Shown here: positions 1 through 9,766 of the stretch, piece by piece
Layout of the letters: every line of letters begins with the position of its first letter
How positions within the stretch are numbered: position 1 is the stretch's first letter
NCBI GenBank assembly: GCA_963668625.2
Contig: CAXXKA010000001.1
Span: 576,001-640,000 of the forward strand
Source of the DNA: an uncultured candidate division Zixibacteria bacterium
GTDB lineage: Bacteria; Zixibacteria; MSB-5A5; UBA10806; 4484-95
DNA length: 64,000 nucleotides
Reading direction: 5' to 3'
The notes under the pieces: model-generated
Seen by the model: only the letters and a program-made list of their open reading frames with translations
Told to the model about the DNA's origin: nothing
The model's database searches: none
Program-made: the position numbers and the translations under genes

Positions 1-16
1 TACTGTTTGATCCATA

Positions 17-44
17 AAAAAAGGCGCTCAACGAACGCCTTTTT
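17..44. terminator. Intrinsic terminator-like hairpin (bidirectional) after GH57 gene
   Basis: aaaaaaaggcg-ctcaacgaa-cgcctttt stem with A/T tracts on both sides. Confidence 0.7.
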
Positions 45-69
45 GATCATATTCTATTTATCATTCCAA

Positions 70-1782
70 TTACGGAAATTCGACCCTCTCGAACCATTTC
101 AGATCGATATCCGGGAACAGGTCATCCTGTTTTTTCAGCTCATTGACGAATTCCAGTTCGCCCTCGGATAAGCCGCCGTTATATTTTTCCACCATCTCGT
201 TCAGACGCTCGAAATAGTCGAAGTGACGATGCAGGCGAAGTTCGGCGTAATCACGAGCCGCCCAGGTGGAGATCAAGAATTGCCAGTCGGAGGCCGCCAG
301 GAGCATGAACTCGCGCGCCGCCTGCTTGCCGATTTCGGTAAGCTGGTCATCATTGCGCTCGAGGCATTTTTTCGCGATATTCTGAATCTGGATTTCATAC
401 TTGTAAATATGTTTCCAGGTCCATTCGGTGTTTTTATTCAGCCATATATAATGATAGCCGCCCTCACCCCATGAACCCTCGGGCAAACTGACTACCTTGG
501 TAGGTCTGACCATATCTTTGTAGTTCGAGCAGGTAATCGCATCGAACTCCGGTTCCTTGCTGAGATTGCTGATAACCTCTTTAATGAATCTGACACCCTC
601 GAACCACCAGTGACCGAACAGCTCGGCATCGAAAGGAGCGCAGACTAAACCGGGTTGCTTTTTATCCTTATAATATGAGTTGAGCGTGGTCTTGACCAAC
701 TCGACGAAATGTGCGGCGTTTTCGGGTACGCGACTTTTCGCCAGCTCGGGATTGTACATCTCTTTATCAGCCAGGTCGGCTTTAGCCGAGGTTACGCGCC
801 AATAGCGATGGCCTCCGGGGAAACGTTTCTTGTGGAAATCGAGATATTGGCCATCCCCGGGGTAACCCCATTCGCCAGACCATACCTGCAAACCCGTATC
901 GGGGTCGCGGGTGAACACCGATACCGGCGCGCGGTCGGGACGAGAACCTACCAGGTAAACTTCTTGCGGAGTTTTCTCGGGTTCCTCATCACGAGGATGG
1001 AACTGTTTCTCGAACTGTCCCCATAATGTTTTTAAGGCGTCGAACCTGTCGATATAAACGCCTATTGCCTTGCCGCCTTTTAGTGTGGCCGAATCGACCA
1101 CGAAATACTCGATGCCGTTTTCGGATAGAAACTCTTCGACACCTTTGCGATCGTAAGGACCGGTGAGGCCCTCGACCTCTACCGGCGGAGTCCAGGGGTA
1201 GGCCGGACGGTAGGCGCATTCGGGCAGCCATATACCGCGCGGTTTGCGTCCGAAATGATTCTCGTACGATTGAACCGCCTGTTTGACCATCACCTGGCAC
1301 GAGGTATCCTGCGATAGCAGCGGCATGTAACCATGTGTTGCCCCACAGGTCATGATCTCGAGATGCCCCATGTCCTGAAGACGCTTGAATTCCGCTATCA
1401 GGTTGTGATTGTAATGCTCGTAGGAATCGCGAATCATCTTGAAATGGTCACGCCACATCTCGGCGATAGGGATATACTCTTTCTGGTCGAATTTATAAAA
1501 CTCCTCGATATCGTTTTCGGCGGCCTCGATTTTCTGCTTGAGGTAGCCGGTAAACTCATCAACCAGGGTGGGATGAGCCAATTGCTCGCACAGAACGGGG
1601 GAGATACCAATAGTAATACTCATCGGGATGCCCTCGGCGGCCAGTTCGTTGGCGGCGTTGAGAATCGGGATATACGTCTCGGCCGCGGCCTCATTGAGCC
1701 AATCCGTACCGTGAGGCCATCTACCATGCCCCAGCACGTAAGGTAGATGAGAATGTAAAACTAAGCTAAAATAACCTTTCAT
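70..1782 (-). CDS. GH57 family 1,4-alpha-glucan branching enzyme (DUF1957 C-term)
   Basis: LHSHLPYV, ATHGYMPL, WLPECAY (nucleophile E), PFDAELFGHWWFEG, ASDWQF motifs. Confidence 0.92.
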   Translation of the reverse strand: MKGYFSLVLHSHLPYVLGHGRWPHGTDWLNEAAAETYIPILNAANELAAEGIPMSITIGISPVLCEQLAHPTLVDEFTGYLKQKIEAAENDIEEFYKFDQKEYIPIAEMWRDHFKMIRDSYEHYNHNLIAEFKRLQDMGHLEIMTCGATHGYMPLLSQDTSCQVMVKQAVQSYENHFGRKPRGIWLPECAYRPAYPWTPPVEVEGLTGPYDRKGVEEFLSENGIEYFVVDSATLKGGKAIGVYIDRFDALKTLWGQFEKQFHPRDEEPEKTPQEVYLVGSRPDRAPVSVFTRDPDTGLQVWSGEWGYPGDGQYLDFHKKRFPGGHRYWRVTSAKADLADKEMYNPELAKSRVPENAAHFVELVKTTLNSYYKDKKQPGLVCAPFDAELFGHWWFEGVRFIKEVISNLSKEPEFDAITCSNYKDMVRPTKVVSLPEGSWGEGGYHYIWLNKNTEWTWKHIYKYEIQIQNIAKKCLERNDDQLTEIGKQAAREFMLLAASDWQFLISTWAARDYAELRLHRHFDYFERLNEMVEKYNGGLSEGELEFVNELKKQDDLFPDIDLKWFERVEFP

Positions 1783-2081
1783 TGGTCCTGCCTAAATCCG
1801 ATGTTTTTGTTTTCCTGACCCATAACTTTAATCTCGCCCCATTGGTTCTCGTATTTCTTGATATTTTCCTCTAATGTTTTCAAGAGGATTTTTGCATGAC
1901 CGGGAGTCATGATAATCCGGCTGTATATCTTGGCTTTCTCCCGTCCCGGCATAATCCTGGCGAAATCAACAACGAACTCCTGAGGCGAGTTAGCGATCAG
2001 AGCGAGGTTGGAATATACCCCTTCCGATTCTTCCGGCCCGAGTTCGACATTGAGTTTGCGGGGTTGAGGTTTCTGTTCCAT
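1779..2081 (-). CDS. DUF3467 family protein
   Basis: EGVYSN...EFVVDF...SRIIMTPGHAK...YE..WGEI pattern. Confidence 0.85.
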   Translation of the reverse strand: MEQKPQPRKLNVELGPEESEGVYSNLALIANSPQEFVVDFARIMPGREKAKIYSRIIMTPGHAKILLKTLEENIKKYENQWGEIKVMGQENKNIGFRQDQ

Positions 2082-2168
2082 CTATATTCTCCTATTGATA
2101 CAAATCGACTTGTATGTTATCGAAATTATCTTGCTAATAGTTGTGTCATTGTAATATAATGTACGCCT

Positions 2169-3245
2169 ATGTCAAGGAAAAAGGGTAAAAATAGCCGTAA
2201 TGTGCAGGCTGAAAATGGTTATCACTCCATAATCCAAGGGTTGTCATCAAACAAAATAGGCAAGTTATTTGCTAATTTTGATAAATGTCGTATCGCCATT
2301 GTTGGCGATATTATGCTCGATCGGTACCTCTGGGGTGATTGCTCTCGAATTTCTCCGGAGGCGCCCGTTCCGGTAGTTGAGATCGAGAAAGAGGAACATC
2401 TTCTGGGCGGCGCAGCTAATGTTGCCAATAATATATCCATGCTTGGCGGACAGGCCGAGCTTATCGGCGTGGTTGGCAAGGATATATTCGCCCGCGATTT
2501 GAAAGCTCAGCTCAAATCGAGATCGTTCAGCTATGAGGGCGTGTTTACCGACAGCAGCCGTCCCACCTCGGTGAAAACTAGAATCATCGCCCAGAACCAA
2601 CAGGTAGTCCGGGCCGATAGGGAGAAAACCCACGAGGTCTCGACTCGTCTGAATAACAAGATACTAGAATATCTCGACAGTATTCTCGATCGTACCTCGG
2701 CGGTGATTATCTCCGACTACGGCAAAGGCGTGATAAACCGCAGGTTACTGGATAAGCTTATTTCATATTGCGTAGAGCGGGATGTATTCGTATCGGTCGA
2801 TCCCAAGCTGACTCATTTTTTCGATTACAAACAGGTCTCGACTATAACGCCCAACCATTACGAGGCAGGCTCGGCGGTCGGGCGCAAAATTACTGATGAT
2901 GAGAGCCTGGAGGAGGTTGGCTGGGAGATACTCGAGCGGCTGCATTCGAGATCGCTTCTGATCACGTTGGGCGCAAAAGGCATGGCGCTTTTCGAAAATG
3001 GTCAGGCCGATAAAGACAAACGTTCGCTAACCAAGATACCGACACTGGCGCGCAGAGTCTACGATGTCACCGGCGCAGGAGATACCGTCATCTCCGTGAT
3101 GACAATGGCTGTTGCCGCCGGGGCCTCGCTGAAAGAAGCGGCATTCATCGCTAACGTAGCGGCTGGCGAGGTAGTAGCGCAGATAGGCACGGCACAGGTC
3201 GAGAAAGACCGGTTGAAAGAGTTGGTATCGGGTTATTTAGAGTAA
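2169..3245 (+). CDS. hldA: D-glycero-beta-D-manno-heptose-7-phosphate kinase (RfaE domain I)
   Basis: GDIMLDRY, RISPEAPVPV, GGAANVA, SDYGKG, DVTGAGDT (PfkB) motifs. Confidence 0.93.
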   Translation: MSRKKGKNSRNVQAENGYHSIIQGLSSNKIGKLFANFDKCRIAIVGDIMLDRYLWGDCSRISPEAPVPVVEIEKEEHLLGGAANVANNISMLGGQAELIGVVGKDIFARDLKAQLKSRSFSYEGVFTDSSRPTSVKTRIIAQNQQVVRADREKTHEVSTRLNNKILEYLDSILDRTSAVIISDYGKGVINRRLLDKLISYCVERDVFVSVDPKLTHFFDYKQVSTITPNHYEAGSAVGRKITDDESLEEVGWEILERLHSRSLLITLGAKGMALFENGQADKDKRSLTKIPTLARRVYDVTGAGDTVISVMTMAVAAGASLKEAAFIANVAAGEVVAQIGTAQVEKDRLKELVSGYLE

Positions 3246-3262
3246 TACTATAACCTATCAAA

Positions 3263-3287
3263 GTCATTCCCGTGAAAACGGGAATCT
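3263..3287. repeat. GTCATTCCC-N8-GGGAATC palindromic REP (dRS3-like)
   Basis: gtc-attccc-gtgaaaac-gggaat-ct between hldA and hldC. Confidence 0.6.
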
Positions 3288-3300
3288 GTCAATATGAGTC

Positions 3301-3771
3301 ATGGGCAAAATAGTCTCACAATCACAACTTCTTAAAATACGCAAAGCCTGCAAACGCAAGGGACAGGTAGTGGTATTCACTAATGGATGTTTTGACCTGA
3401 TCCATCGCGGGCATGTGGAATACCTGAGCGAGGCGAAAAAGCTGGGTGATATCCTGGTTGTTGCCCTGAATACCGATTCCTCAGTCCAACGGCTCAAAGG
3501 GCCAAGCCGTCCCCTGACCAAGTTGGCCGACCGGGCGTATATCATGTCACATCTCGATATGGTAGACTATGTCACCTTCTTCGGCGCGGATACTCCCAAA
3601 TCAATCATCTCGAAACTGTTGCCTGATATACTGGTCAAAGGCGGCGACTATGTCGAGGCCACGATAGTAGGCGCTGAGGAAGTGCGAGCTGCCGGTGGAA
3701 CGGTGGAGGTGATACCGTTCGTAAAAGGGCGGTCGAGTTCGGGGATTATCAGGAGGATGAAGAAGGGGTAG
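3301..3771 (+). CDS. hldC: D-glycero-beta-D-manno-heptose 1-phosphate adenylyltransferase (RfaE domain II)
   Basis: FTNGCFDLIHRGH, NTDSSVQRLKG, LVKGGDY; adjacent to hldA. Confidence 0.93.
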   Translation: MGKIVSQSQLLKIRKACKRKGQVVVFTNGCFDLIHRGHVEYLSEAKKLGDILVVALNTDSSVQRLKGPSRPLTKLADRAYIMSHLDMVDYVTFFGADTPKSIISKLLPDILVKGGDYVEATIVGAEEVRAAGGTVEVIPFVKGRSSSGIIRRMKKG

Positions 3772-3775
3772 AAAT

Positions 3776-4474
3776 ATGGAAGATCAAACTTTATTACCTA
3801 GCCGAAAGAACCAATTATTTAAATCGATTCAAGAGAATGGATTGAATCCTGCAGACTTCAAATGGGGGGATAAGGATTTTTCTATATATTCGGTTACTGG
3901 GCGGCAAATAGGTAATTATAAATGTTCTGTATTAAAGTTCAAAGATTTAGGATTTTTTGAATTCAATAATAATGGAACTCATTTTAAGCCTAAATTCTCC
4001 CCAGGTGCTTATCAAAGAACAACTTATATTATTGATGATTATAAAGATTGGGATTTCGCTTATAATGTTTTTAAGAAATGGCTTAAAATAATTCAAATAG
4101 AATATGGTCAACCTGATTTATGGGCCGAGTTCGAAAAATATAAATCGACTATAGGTAAGGTTGTAGTTGAAGAAATAAATAATAATTTTTCTGATGACGA
4201 TGTAGAGTTAATTAAGGTTCAATTGAGTAGTATTAGTGAAAGTATCAAAGCAAATTTTGATTTATCTTCTGATAAGATTGGTTTTATAGATAATCAAATT
4301 CAGTACCTTGTTGATTCTTCCAGAAAGCAAAATATTAGAAATTGGCGGAATTTAGCTATTGGTACATTCATGGGAATTGCTGCAAATCTAGCAATAACTT
4401 CGGATAAAATACCTTTATACTGGCAAATAATTAGAGATGGATTTAATTCAGTGAGACATTTATTGGGAATTTAA
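3776..4474 (+). CDS. Hypothetical protein, AT-rich
   Basis: 232-aa ORF with an abrupt drop in GC relative to hldC; no recognised motif. Confidence 0.7.
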   Translation: MEDQTLLPSRKNQLFKSIQENGLNPADFKWGDKDFSIYSVTGRQIGNYKCSVLKFKDLGFFEFNNNGTHFKPKFSPGAYQRTTYIIDDYKDWDFAYNVFKKWLKIIQIEYGQPDLWAEFEKYKSTIGKVVVEEINNNFSDDDVELIKVQLSSISESIKANFDLSSDKIGFIDNQIQYLVDSSRKQNIRNWRNLAIGTFMGIAANLAITSDKIPLYWQIIRDGFNSVRHLLGI

Positions 4475-4525
4475 TATTTAAGTCAATATTTAACAATGCA
4501 AGCGACCGAAGGGAGCGCAGCAACC

Positions 4526-4580
4526 CTTGTTCCCAAACTCCAGTTTGGGAACACAATTGCCCGAGAAACTCTGTTTCGAC
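4526..4580 (-). repeat. RAYT-flanking REP (family A), left copy
   Basis: gttcccaaact-cc-agtttgggaac plus gaaactctgtttc palindromes; inverted relative to the copies at 5141 and 5295. Confidence 0.9.
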
Positions 4581-4601
4581 TAAAAAAGAAAAAGCAGAAT
4601 C

Positions 4602-5138
4602 ATGCGTGACCGCTATAAAATATCTGATCAAAACTCAGTCTATTTTATTACCTCAACGATTATTGAATGGCTGCCGGTTTTCACGAATAATAAGTATTGT
4701 GATATCTTAATCGATTCGCTGAAACATTGCATCGAGAACAAATCGTTAAATCTGTATGCTTATGTAATACTCGATAATCACTTTCATCTAATCGGCTCGG
4801 CGCCCGAGCTTTCAAAAACAATATCATCAGTGAAAAAATACAGCGCCAGGATGATATTAAAGCAGTTAGAGGATGATAACAGAAACTGGCTTATTAACCA
4901 GATGGAGTTCTTCAAGAAAAAATTCAAAAAAGAAAGCGACCATCAAGTTTGGCAGGAGGGTTATCATCCTGTATTGATATCCGATCAGGATGTATTTGTT
5001 CAGAAAGTAGAATATATCCATAATAATCCTGTTAAACGCGGGCTGGTTGATTTGCCTGAATGCTGGCGTTATAGTTCGGCTCGGAATTATCTGATGGATG
5101 ACCATTCTATTATTTCAGTTAATTGTGAAATGAGCTAA
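4602..5138 (+). CDS. REP-associated tyrosine transposase (RAYT/TnpA-REP, HUH Y1)
   Basis: YFITST, YVILDNHFHLI (HUH), WQEGYH, EYIHNNPVKRGLV (catalytic Y), WRYSS; flanked by inverted REPs. Confidence 0.92.
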   Translation: MRDRYKISDQNSVYFITSTIIEWLPVFTNNKYCDILIDSLKHCIENKSLNLYAYVILDNHFHLIGSAPELSKTISSVKKYSARMILKQLEDDNRNWLINQMEFFKKKFKKESDHQVWQEGYHPVLISDQDVFVQKVEYIHNNPVKRGLVDLPECWRYSSARNYLMDDHSIISVNCEMS

Positions 5139-5373
5139 AGACGAAACAGAGTTTCTTGAACAAGCGTGTTCCCAAACTGGAGTTTAGGAACAAGAGGGGT
5201 TACATCGCTTCGCTCGTAATAATTACTTTCGGCGTTTCCAATAACTTTGGAGCTTTAAAACATGAGAACAGGTAGTTTGCACGTTATACTAAAGACGAAA
5301 CAGAGTTTCTTGAACAAGTGTGTTCCCAAACTGGAGTTTAGGAACAAGAGGGATTACATCGCTTCGCTCGTAA
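5136..5373 (+). repeat. Two ~84-bp direct repeats of REP family A (5136-5219, 5290-5373)
   Basis: taaagacgaaacagagtttcttgaacaagYgtgttcccaaactggagtttaggaacaagaggRgttacatcgcttcgctcgtaa-like unit twice, about 2 mismatches. Confidence 0.92.
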
Positions 5374-5438
5374 CAAGAATTTTATAACAAGAGGTAAAAC
5401 GCGGTTACCGTGTCTCAAATATAGAAAGGAAAACATCC

Positions 5439-6509
5439 ATGCGTACCTTACTAACAATACTGGTAATCTTATCAATATCAATCGCCGCCTACGCAGGCGG
5501 CTCTTTCGATACTATGGTATTCCATCGAATAGCCGAGCCGAAAGAGAACGCCTTTACCATGCTGATACCGCAGGGCTGGCTGGTAGAGGGCGGTATCATG
5601 CGTGTCGATCCGATCTCGGGAGGCGGCGCGGGTAATGCCATTGCAGCCAAGCTCGATTTCGCGGTCAAAAGCGATAGCAAAGGTACGGTTATGGCTCACT
5701 GGATGCCGGATATGATCTATTTCGATATGACCTACTCGCCAGCAGGGCAGATGGGATTGTACCCGCCCGGCTCTAACTACAACGGCATGACAGTCTGGCC
5801 GCTCATGGCCGCCACCGATTTCCTGTCGCAGGTCGGATTCCCAAACCTTCACCCGCAGGCCACCAATGTTACCGTAGTCGAAAATAAACGTCTCGATGAT
5901 GTCGCCACGAACTATCAGCAGCGAGTGCACGCCTATGTGCCACAGATGACGTTTAGCTATGATGCCGCTTTGTTGACTGTCACCTATACCGAGAACGGTG
6001 TTAATTATAAAGAGATTCTGTTCACGGTAATCGAGAACTGGGGCCAGATGGGAGCCGGTATGTGGGGCAATAAAGAAAGCTTCTACCTTCGCACGCCCGT
6101 TGATGAGTTCGACAAATGGCAGCCGGTTTTTAGCTTGATGCAGGAATCGGTGCAGTTGAATGTTCAGTGGGTAGCAGGCGAGGTGCAGGGACAGATTAAG
6201 CGGGGAGAGATAGCCGCCAAAACGCAGGCCGAGATCAACCGTATTGCTAAGGAGATATCCGACCACAGAACGCAGACTAATGCCGAGATTCACAACGATA
6301 TGTATTTGAACCTGACAGATCAGGAGGATTATGTCAATCCCTACACTAACGAGATCGAGACCGGTTCGAATCAATGGGCACACAGATGGCAGAACGAAAG
6401 CGGCGATATTATCTATACCAATAGCGAGGATTACGATCCCAACACTGATATCAACCTCAATCACTCAGATTTCAAGCGCAGCCAAATCCGTGAGCGGAGA
6501 CCGAAATAA
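5439..6509 (+). CDS. Secreted hypothetical protein, paralog 1
   Basis: Signal peptide MRTLLTILVILSISIAAYA; gaaagga RBS; paralogous to 6621-7685. Confidence 0.85.
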   Translation: MRTLLTILVILSISIAAYAGGSFDTMVFHRIAEPKENAFTMLIPQGWLVEGGIMRVDPISGGGAGNAIAAKLDFAVKSDSKGTVMAHWMPDMIYFDMTYSPAGQMGLYPPGSNYNGMTVWPLMAATDFLSQVGFPNLHPQATNVTVVENKRLDDVATNYQQRVHAYVPQMTFSYDAALLTVTYTENGVNYKEILFTVIENWGQMGAGMWGNKESFYLRTPVDEFDKWQPVFSLMQESVQLNVQWVAGEVQGQIKRGEIAAKTQAEINRIAKEISDHRTQTNAEIHNDMYLNLTDQEDYVNPYTNEIETGSNQWAHRWQNESGDIIYTNSEDYDPNTDINLNHSDFKRSQIRERRPK

Positions 6510-6620
6510 GGCCTGAAAAAAGCTTCCCGGTTCGGTAGGAAATTCAACACCTCATAGGGTTTAGGTATAAAATGGGGAGATACTGATTTTCTGGTCTCTA
6601 TTATTGAAAGGAAAGATACC

Positions 6621-7685
6621 ATGCAGAAAACAATAGCAGTACTGATTATCCTATCAATAACAGTCCCTATCTATGCCGGAGGTTCTTTCGATACCATTGT
6701 ATTCAATCGAATAGCCGAGCCTGAGGAAAACGCTTTCACGATACTCGTACCGATGGGCTGGGTTATCGAAAGCGATATTATAAGGGGCGATTCGATACCT
6801 GGCGATAATGCTATCGAGGGCAAGTTCGATTTCGCTGTTAAAAGCGATAGCAACGGTACGGTAATGATTCGTTGGCTGCCGGATATGATCAATTACACTA
6901 TAGCTCATCCGGTGCTTGATACTCTTATGGGCTTGTATCCATCCCCGGAACACAATAATAAAATAATCGACCGGCCGTATATGGCTGCTGTGGATTTTCT
7001 GGGATTAGATTTACTGCTATACCTTCATGAACAGAGTACCAATTTGAGCGCTGACTATATGAAACGCCTCGAGAATGTGGCTGATAACTACCAAAAAAGA
7101 GTAAATACGTATCTGCCCGGGATGAGATATTCCTATGATGCCGGGTATGTTTTAGCCTCATACAATGAAGAAGGCGTAAAATACAAAGAGGCTCTTTTTA
7201 CGGTAGTCGAAAATCATCAGCAGAAAGGAAACGGTATATGGGGCAACAGGGAGTGCTTTTTTTTCCGAGCGCCTTTTAATGAATTCGAGAGATGGAAACT
7301 GGTTTTCAGCGTTATACAAAATTCGATGCAGATAAATATTCAATGGCTTGCGGATGAAATCCAGGGACAGATCAAGCGGGGAGAGATAGCTGCTAAAACG
7401 CAGGTGGAAATTGACACTATCGCATGCGGTATCACATCCAACACAAACCAGACCATGGCCGAGATCCAACATGAAATATATCTTAACATCATCGATCAGG
7501 AGGAGTATGTCAACCCCTACACTAACGAGATCGAGACCGGTTCGAATCACTGGGCACACAGATGGCAGAACGAAAGCGGCGATATAATTTATACTAACCA
7601 GGAGGGTTACGATCCCAACACGGATATCAAGATCAACCGCTCCGATTTCAAGCGTAGCTGGATTCGCGAGAGAGGCCCCAAATAA
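6621..7685 (+). CDS. Secreted hypothetical protein, paralog 2
   Basis: Signal peptide; shares GGSFDT, FAVKSDS and YVNPYTNEIETGSN blocks with 5439-6509. Confidence 0.85.
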   Translation: MQKTIAVLIILSITVPIYAGGSFDTIVFNRIAEPEENAFTILVPMGWVIESDIIRGDSIPGDNAIEGKFDFAVKSDSNGTVMIRWLPDMINYTIAHPVLDTLMGLYPSPEHNNKIIDRPYMAAVDFLGLDLLLYLHEQSTNLSADYMKRLENVADNYQKRVNTYLPGMRYSYDAGYVLASYNEEGVKYKEALFTVVENHQQKGNGIWGNRECFFFRAPFNEFERWKLVFSVIQNSMQINIQWLADEIQGQIKRGEIAAKTQVEIDTIACGITSNTNQTMAEIQHEIYLNIIDQEEYVNPYTNEIETGSNHWAHRWQNESGDIIYTNQEGYDPNTDIKINRSDFKRSWIRERGPK

Positions 7686-7899
7686 AAGTGATCGGTGGTT
7701 TTTCTTGAAGGTAGCGGATGAAATTCTTTGCTCAGAATTTTTTATCCTCATGAATACCTGCAAAATTTAGATAGAAAAGGATTCGTGGCGACACCCATAA
7801 AAGACTTTTCAACCAGCCCAATTACTTGCTTTCAGTGATTAATCGGGCATTTTAACTATATGTATCGTTATGTATGACTGTAGGTTACGCCATTATACC

Positions 7900-7928
7900 T
7901 TGACATGATTATAACTTCATGTTATAAT
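7900..7928 (+). promoter_or_regulatory. Consensus sigma70 promoter with overlapping palindrome
   Basis: TTGACA-N17-TATAAT, TG extended -10; ATTATAAC-N5-GTTATAAT inverted repeat. Confidence 0.8.
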
Positions 7929-7951
7929 TCTGCCTTAGCTTTGGAGAGCGT

Positions 7952-8692
7952 ATGAATGTTACCGATAAGACGGAATTAAATTCACCTGATATCGAAGCAT
8001 ATCAGGCTATGAAACTACTCGAGACCGGCGATAGAACCTCGGCTATTCGGAGATGTATCGAGGCGATTGAACGTTTCGGCGACAATCGCAATTGTTATCT
8101 CGTGAAAGCCCGGGCGCATATCGAACAGGAGGAATATGGTTTCGCCGAGGACTCTCTCCAAAACGTACTGAGGCTCGACCCGGAGCATCCGGCAGCCTGG
8201 GCAATGATGGGCGAGGTGTATTACCGTCTGGGAAAAGAAACCAAGGTGGAATACTGCCGCAGCCGTCTGGAAAGTATTTTCCCGACTCTGGCCGAAACTT
8301 TCGTTGCCGAGGATAACGATCTGGAAGAGGACGAGGTTTATGGTGATGAATTCGATGAAGGAATTGATTCATCTGATGCTGAATCCGAGGTTGAAGCCGG
8401 AGGCAAAAATCCCGAATCCGAGGATACAACGGAACCGGAATTGCCTGAGGAATCTATTGTCCCATTGGAAAATCTGGAACAAACGGAGGAGAAACAAAAC
8501 ACGGCCGGGGATGGTTTAAAGTCCGAACTCTTCGAGACGGCGACGTTTGCGGATATATGTATAAGTCAGGGTAAATTCGAAAAAGCGTTAAAAATATATG
8601 AGGCGCTTTTGCAAAACGAACCTGACAATAAAACGTATAACGATAAGGTGAAATTTATTAAACAGAAGTGGGAAAACGATGACTCAAAATAG
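7952..8692 (+). CDS. Tetratricopeptide repeat protein with acidic linker
   Basis: TPR motifs (LDPEHPAAWAMMGEVY; TFADICISQGKFEKALKIY) and a D/E-rich middle. Confidence 0.8.
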   Translation: MNVTDKTELNSPDIEAYQAMKLLETGDRTSAIRRCIEAIERFGDNRNCYLVKARAHIEQEEYGFAEDSLQNVLRLDPEHPAAWAMMGEVYYRLGKETKVEYCRSRLESIFPTLAETFVAEDNDLEEDEVYGDEFDEGIDSSDAESEVEAGGKNPESEDTTEPELPEESIVPLENLEQTEEKQNTAGDGLKSELFETATFADICISQGKFEKALKIYEALLQNEPDNKTYNDKVKFIKQKWENDDSK

Positions 8693-9752
8693 ACTGAAAA
8701 AGGCGTTTGATCTGTTGAAGAAGCAGAAAATCGGGGCGATGCTTATTAGCAAACTTTCTAATGTACATTATCTGAGTGGTTATTCGGGATCTAATGGGCT
8801 GTTGATTTTAGCTCCGCCCAAGGCTTATTTCTTAACGGATTTTCGTTATGCGGTACAGTCGCGCAAAGAGGTTAAGCATTGTCAGGTGATGATTGCCGAG
8901 CGCGATTTACTGGGCGAGCTGATCAAAATCGATCCACTCAAAAAGAAGATCAAGCTGGGATTCGAGTCTACCCACTTAACTTATAAACTTCATGAGAAAA
9001 TTAAAGAGATACTTCCGAAAGCGAATCTCGTGCCGATCGATAATGTTGTCGAGACGATAGCGATGGTGAAGGAAACCAGTGAGATAAACAAGCTGAAGAA
9101 AGCCGCTAAAATCGCTGATACCGCTTTCGATGAAGTCATAAAACTAATCAAGCCGGGAGTCAAAGAGCGCGATATCGCTCTGGAGCTTCAATATAGCATG
9201 ATAAAGCAAGGCGCTGAGGGGCCGTCATTCGACTTCATAGTCGCCTCGGGCCAGCGCTCTAGTATGCCACATGGCATAGCCTCGGATAGAAAATTTAAAA
9301 AAGGTGATTATATAACAATAGATTTCGGTTGTTTTTACCAGGGATATCCCTCGGATATTACCCGCACCGTCGTGTTGGGTAAGGCCTCAGCCAAGCAGAA
9401 AAAAATCTACGATATCGTGTATCGTGCCCAGACTGCCGCTGTTGATGCCGCCGGGCCGGGTATGCCTGCCCGCGAGTTGGACAAGGTCGCTCGCGATATC
9501 ATCATGAGAGAAGGATATGGCGATAATTTCGGCCACGGACTGGGTCACGGATTGGGTTTGGATGAAATACACTCCAACCCGGTGGCCAGCCCTCGTAGCC
9601 AGGATGTTTTACAGGTTGGTCATGCTCTGACTGTAGAGCCGGGGATATATATCCCGAATTGGGGCGGTGTACGCATAGAGGATGATATAGTTATTACTGC
9701 CAACGGGTGCAAGGTACTGACCAAATCGCCAAAAGAGTTAATCGAGCTTTAG
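8679..9752 (+). CDS. Xaa-Pro aminopeptidase (M24B)
   Basis: TDFRY, DFG..SDITRT, GHGLGHGLG, TVEPGIY, GVRIEDD. Confidence 0.92.
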   Translation: MTQNRLKKAFDLLKKQKIGAMLISKLSNVHYLSGYSGSNGLLILAPPKAYFLTDFRYAVQSRKEVKHCQVMIAERDLLGELIKIDPLKKKIKLGFESTHLTYKLHEKIKEILPKANLVPIDNVVETIAMVKETSEINKLKKAAKIADTAFDEVIKLIKPGVKERDIALELQYSMIKQGAEGPSFDFIVASGQRSSMPHGIASDRKFKKGDYITIDFGCFYQGYPSDITRTVVLGKASAKQKKIYDIVYRAQTAAVDAAGPGMPARELDKVARDIIMREGYGDNFGHGLGHGLGLDEIHSNPVASPRSQDVLQVGHALTVEPGIYIPNWGGVRIEDDIVITANGCKVLTKSPKELIEL

Positions 9753-9766
9753 TTTCGGAGAGAATT

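Noticed and set aside
5136-5373. Direct repeats as a CRISPR array
   Set aside because: Only two ~84-bp units, built from REP palindromes beside a RAYT; no cas genes
6318-7685. DGR template/variable repeat pair in the tandem paralogs
   Set aside because: Mismatches are not adenine-restricted, both copies are coding, and no reverse transcriptase is in the window
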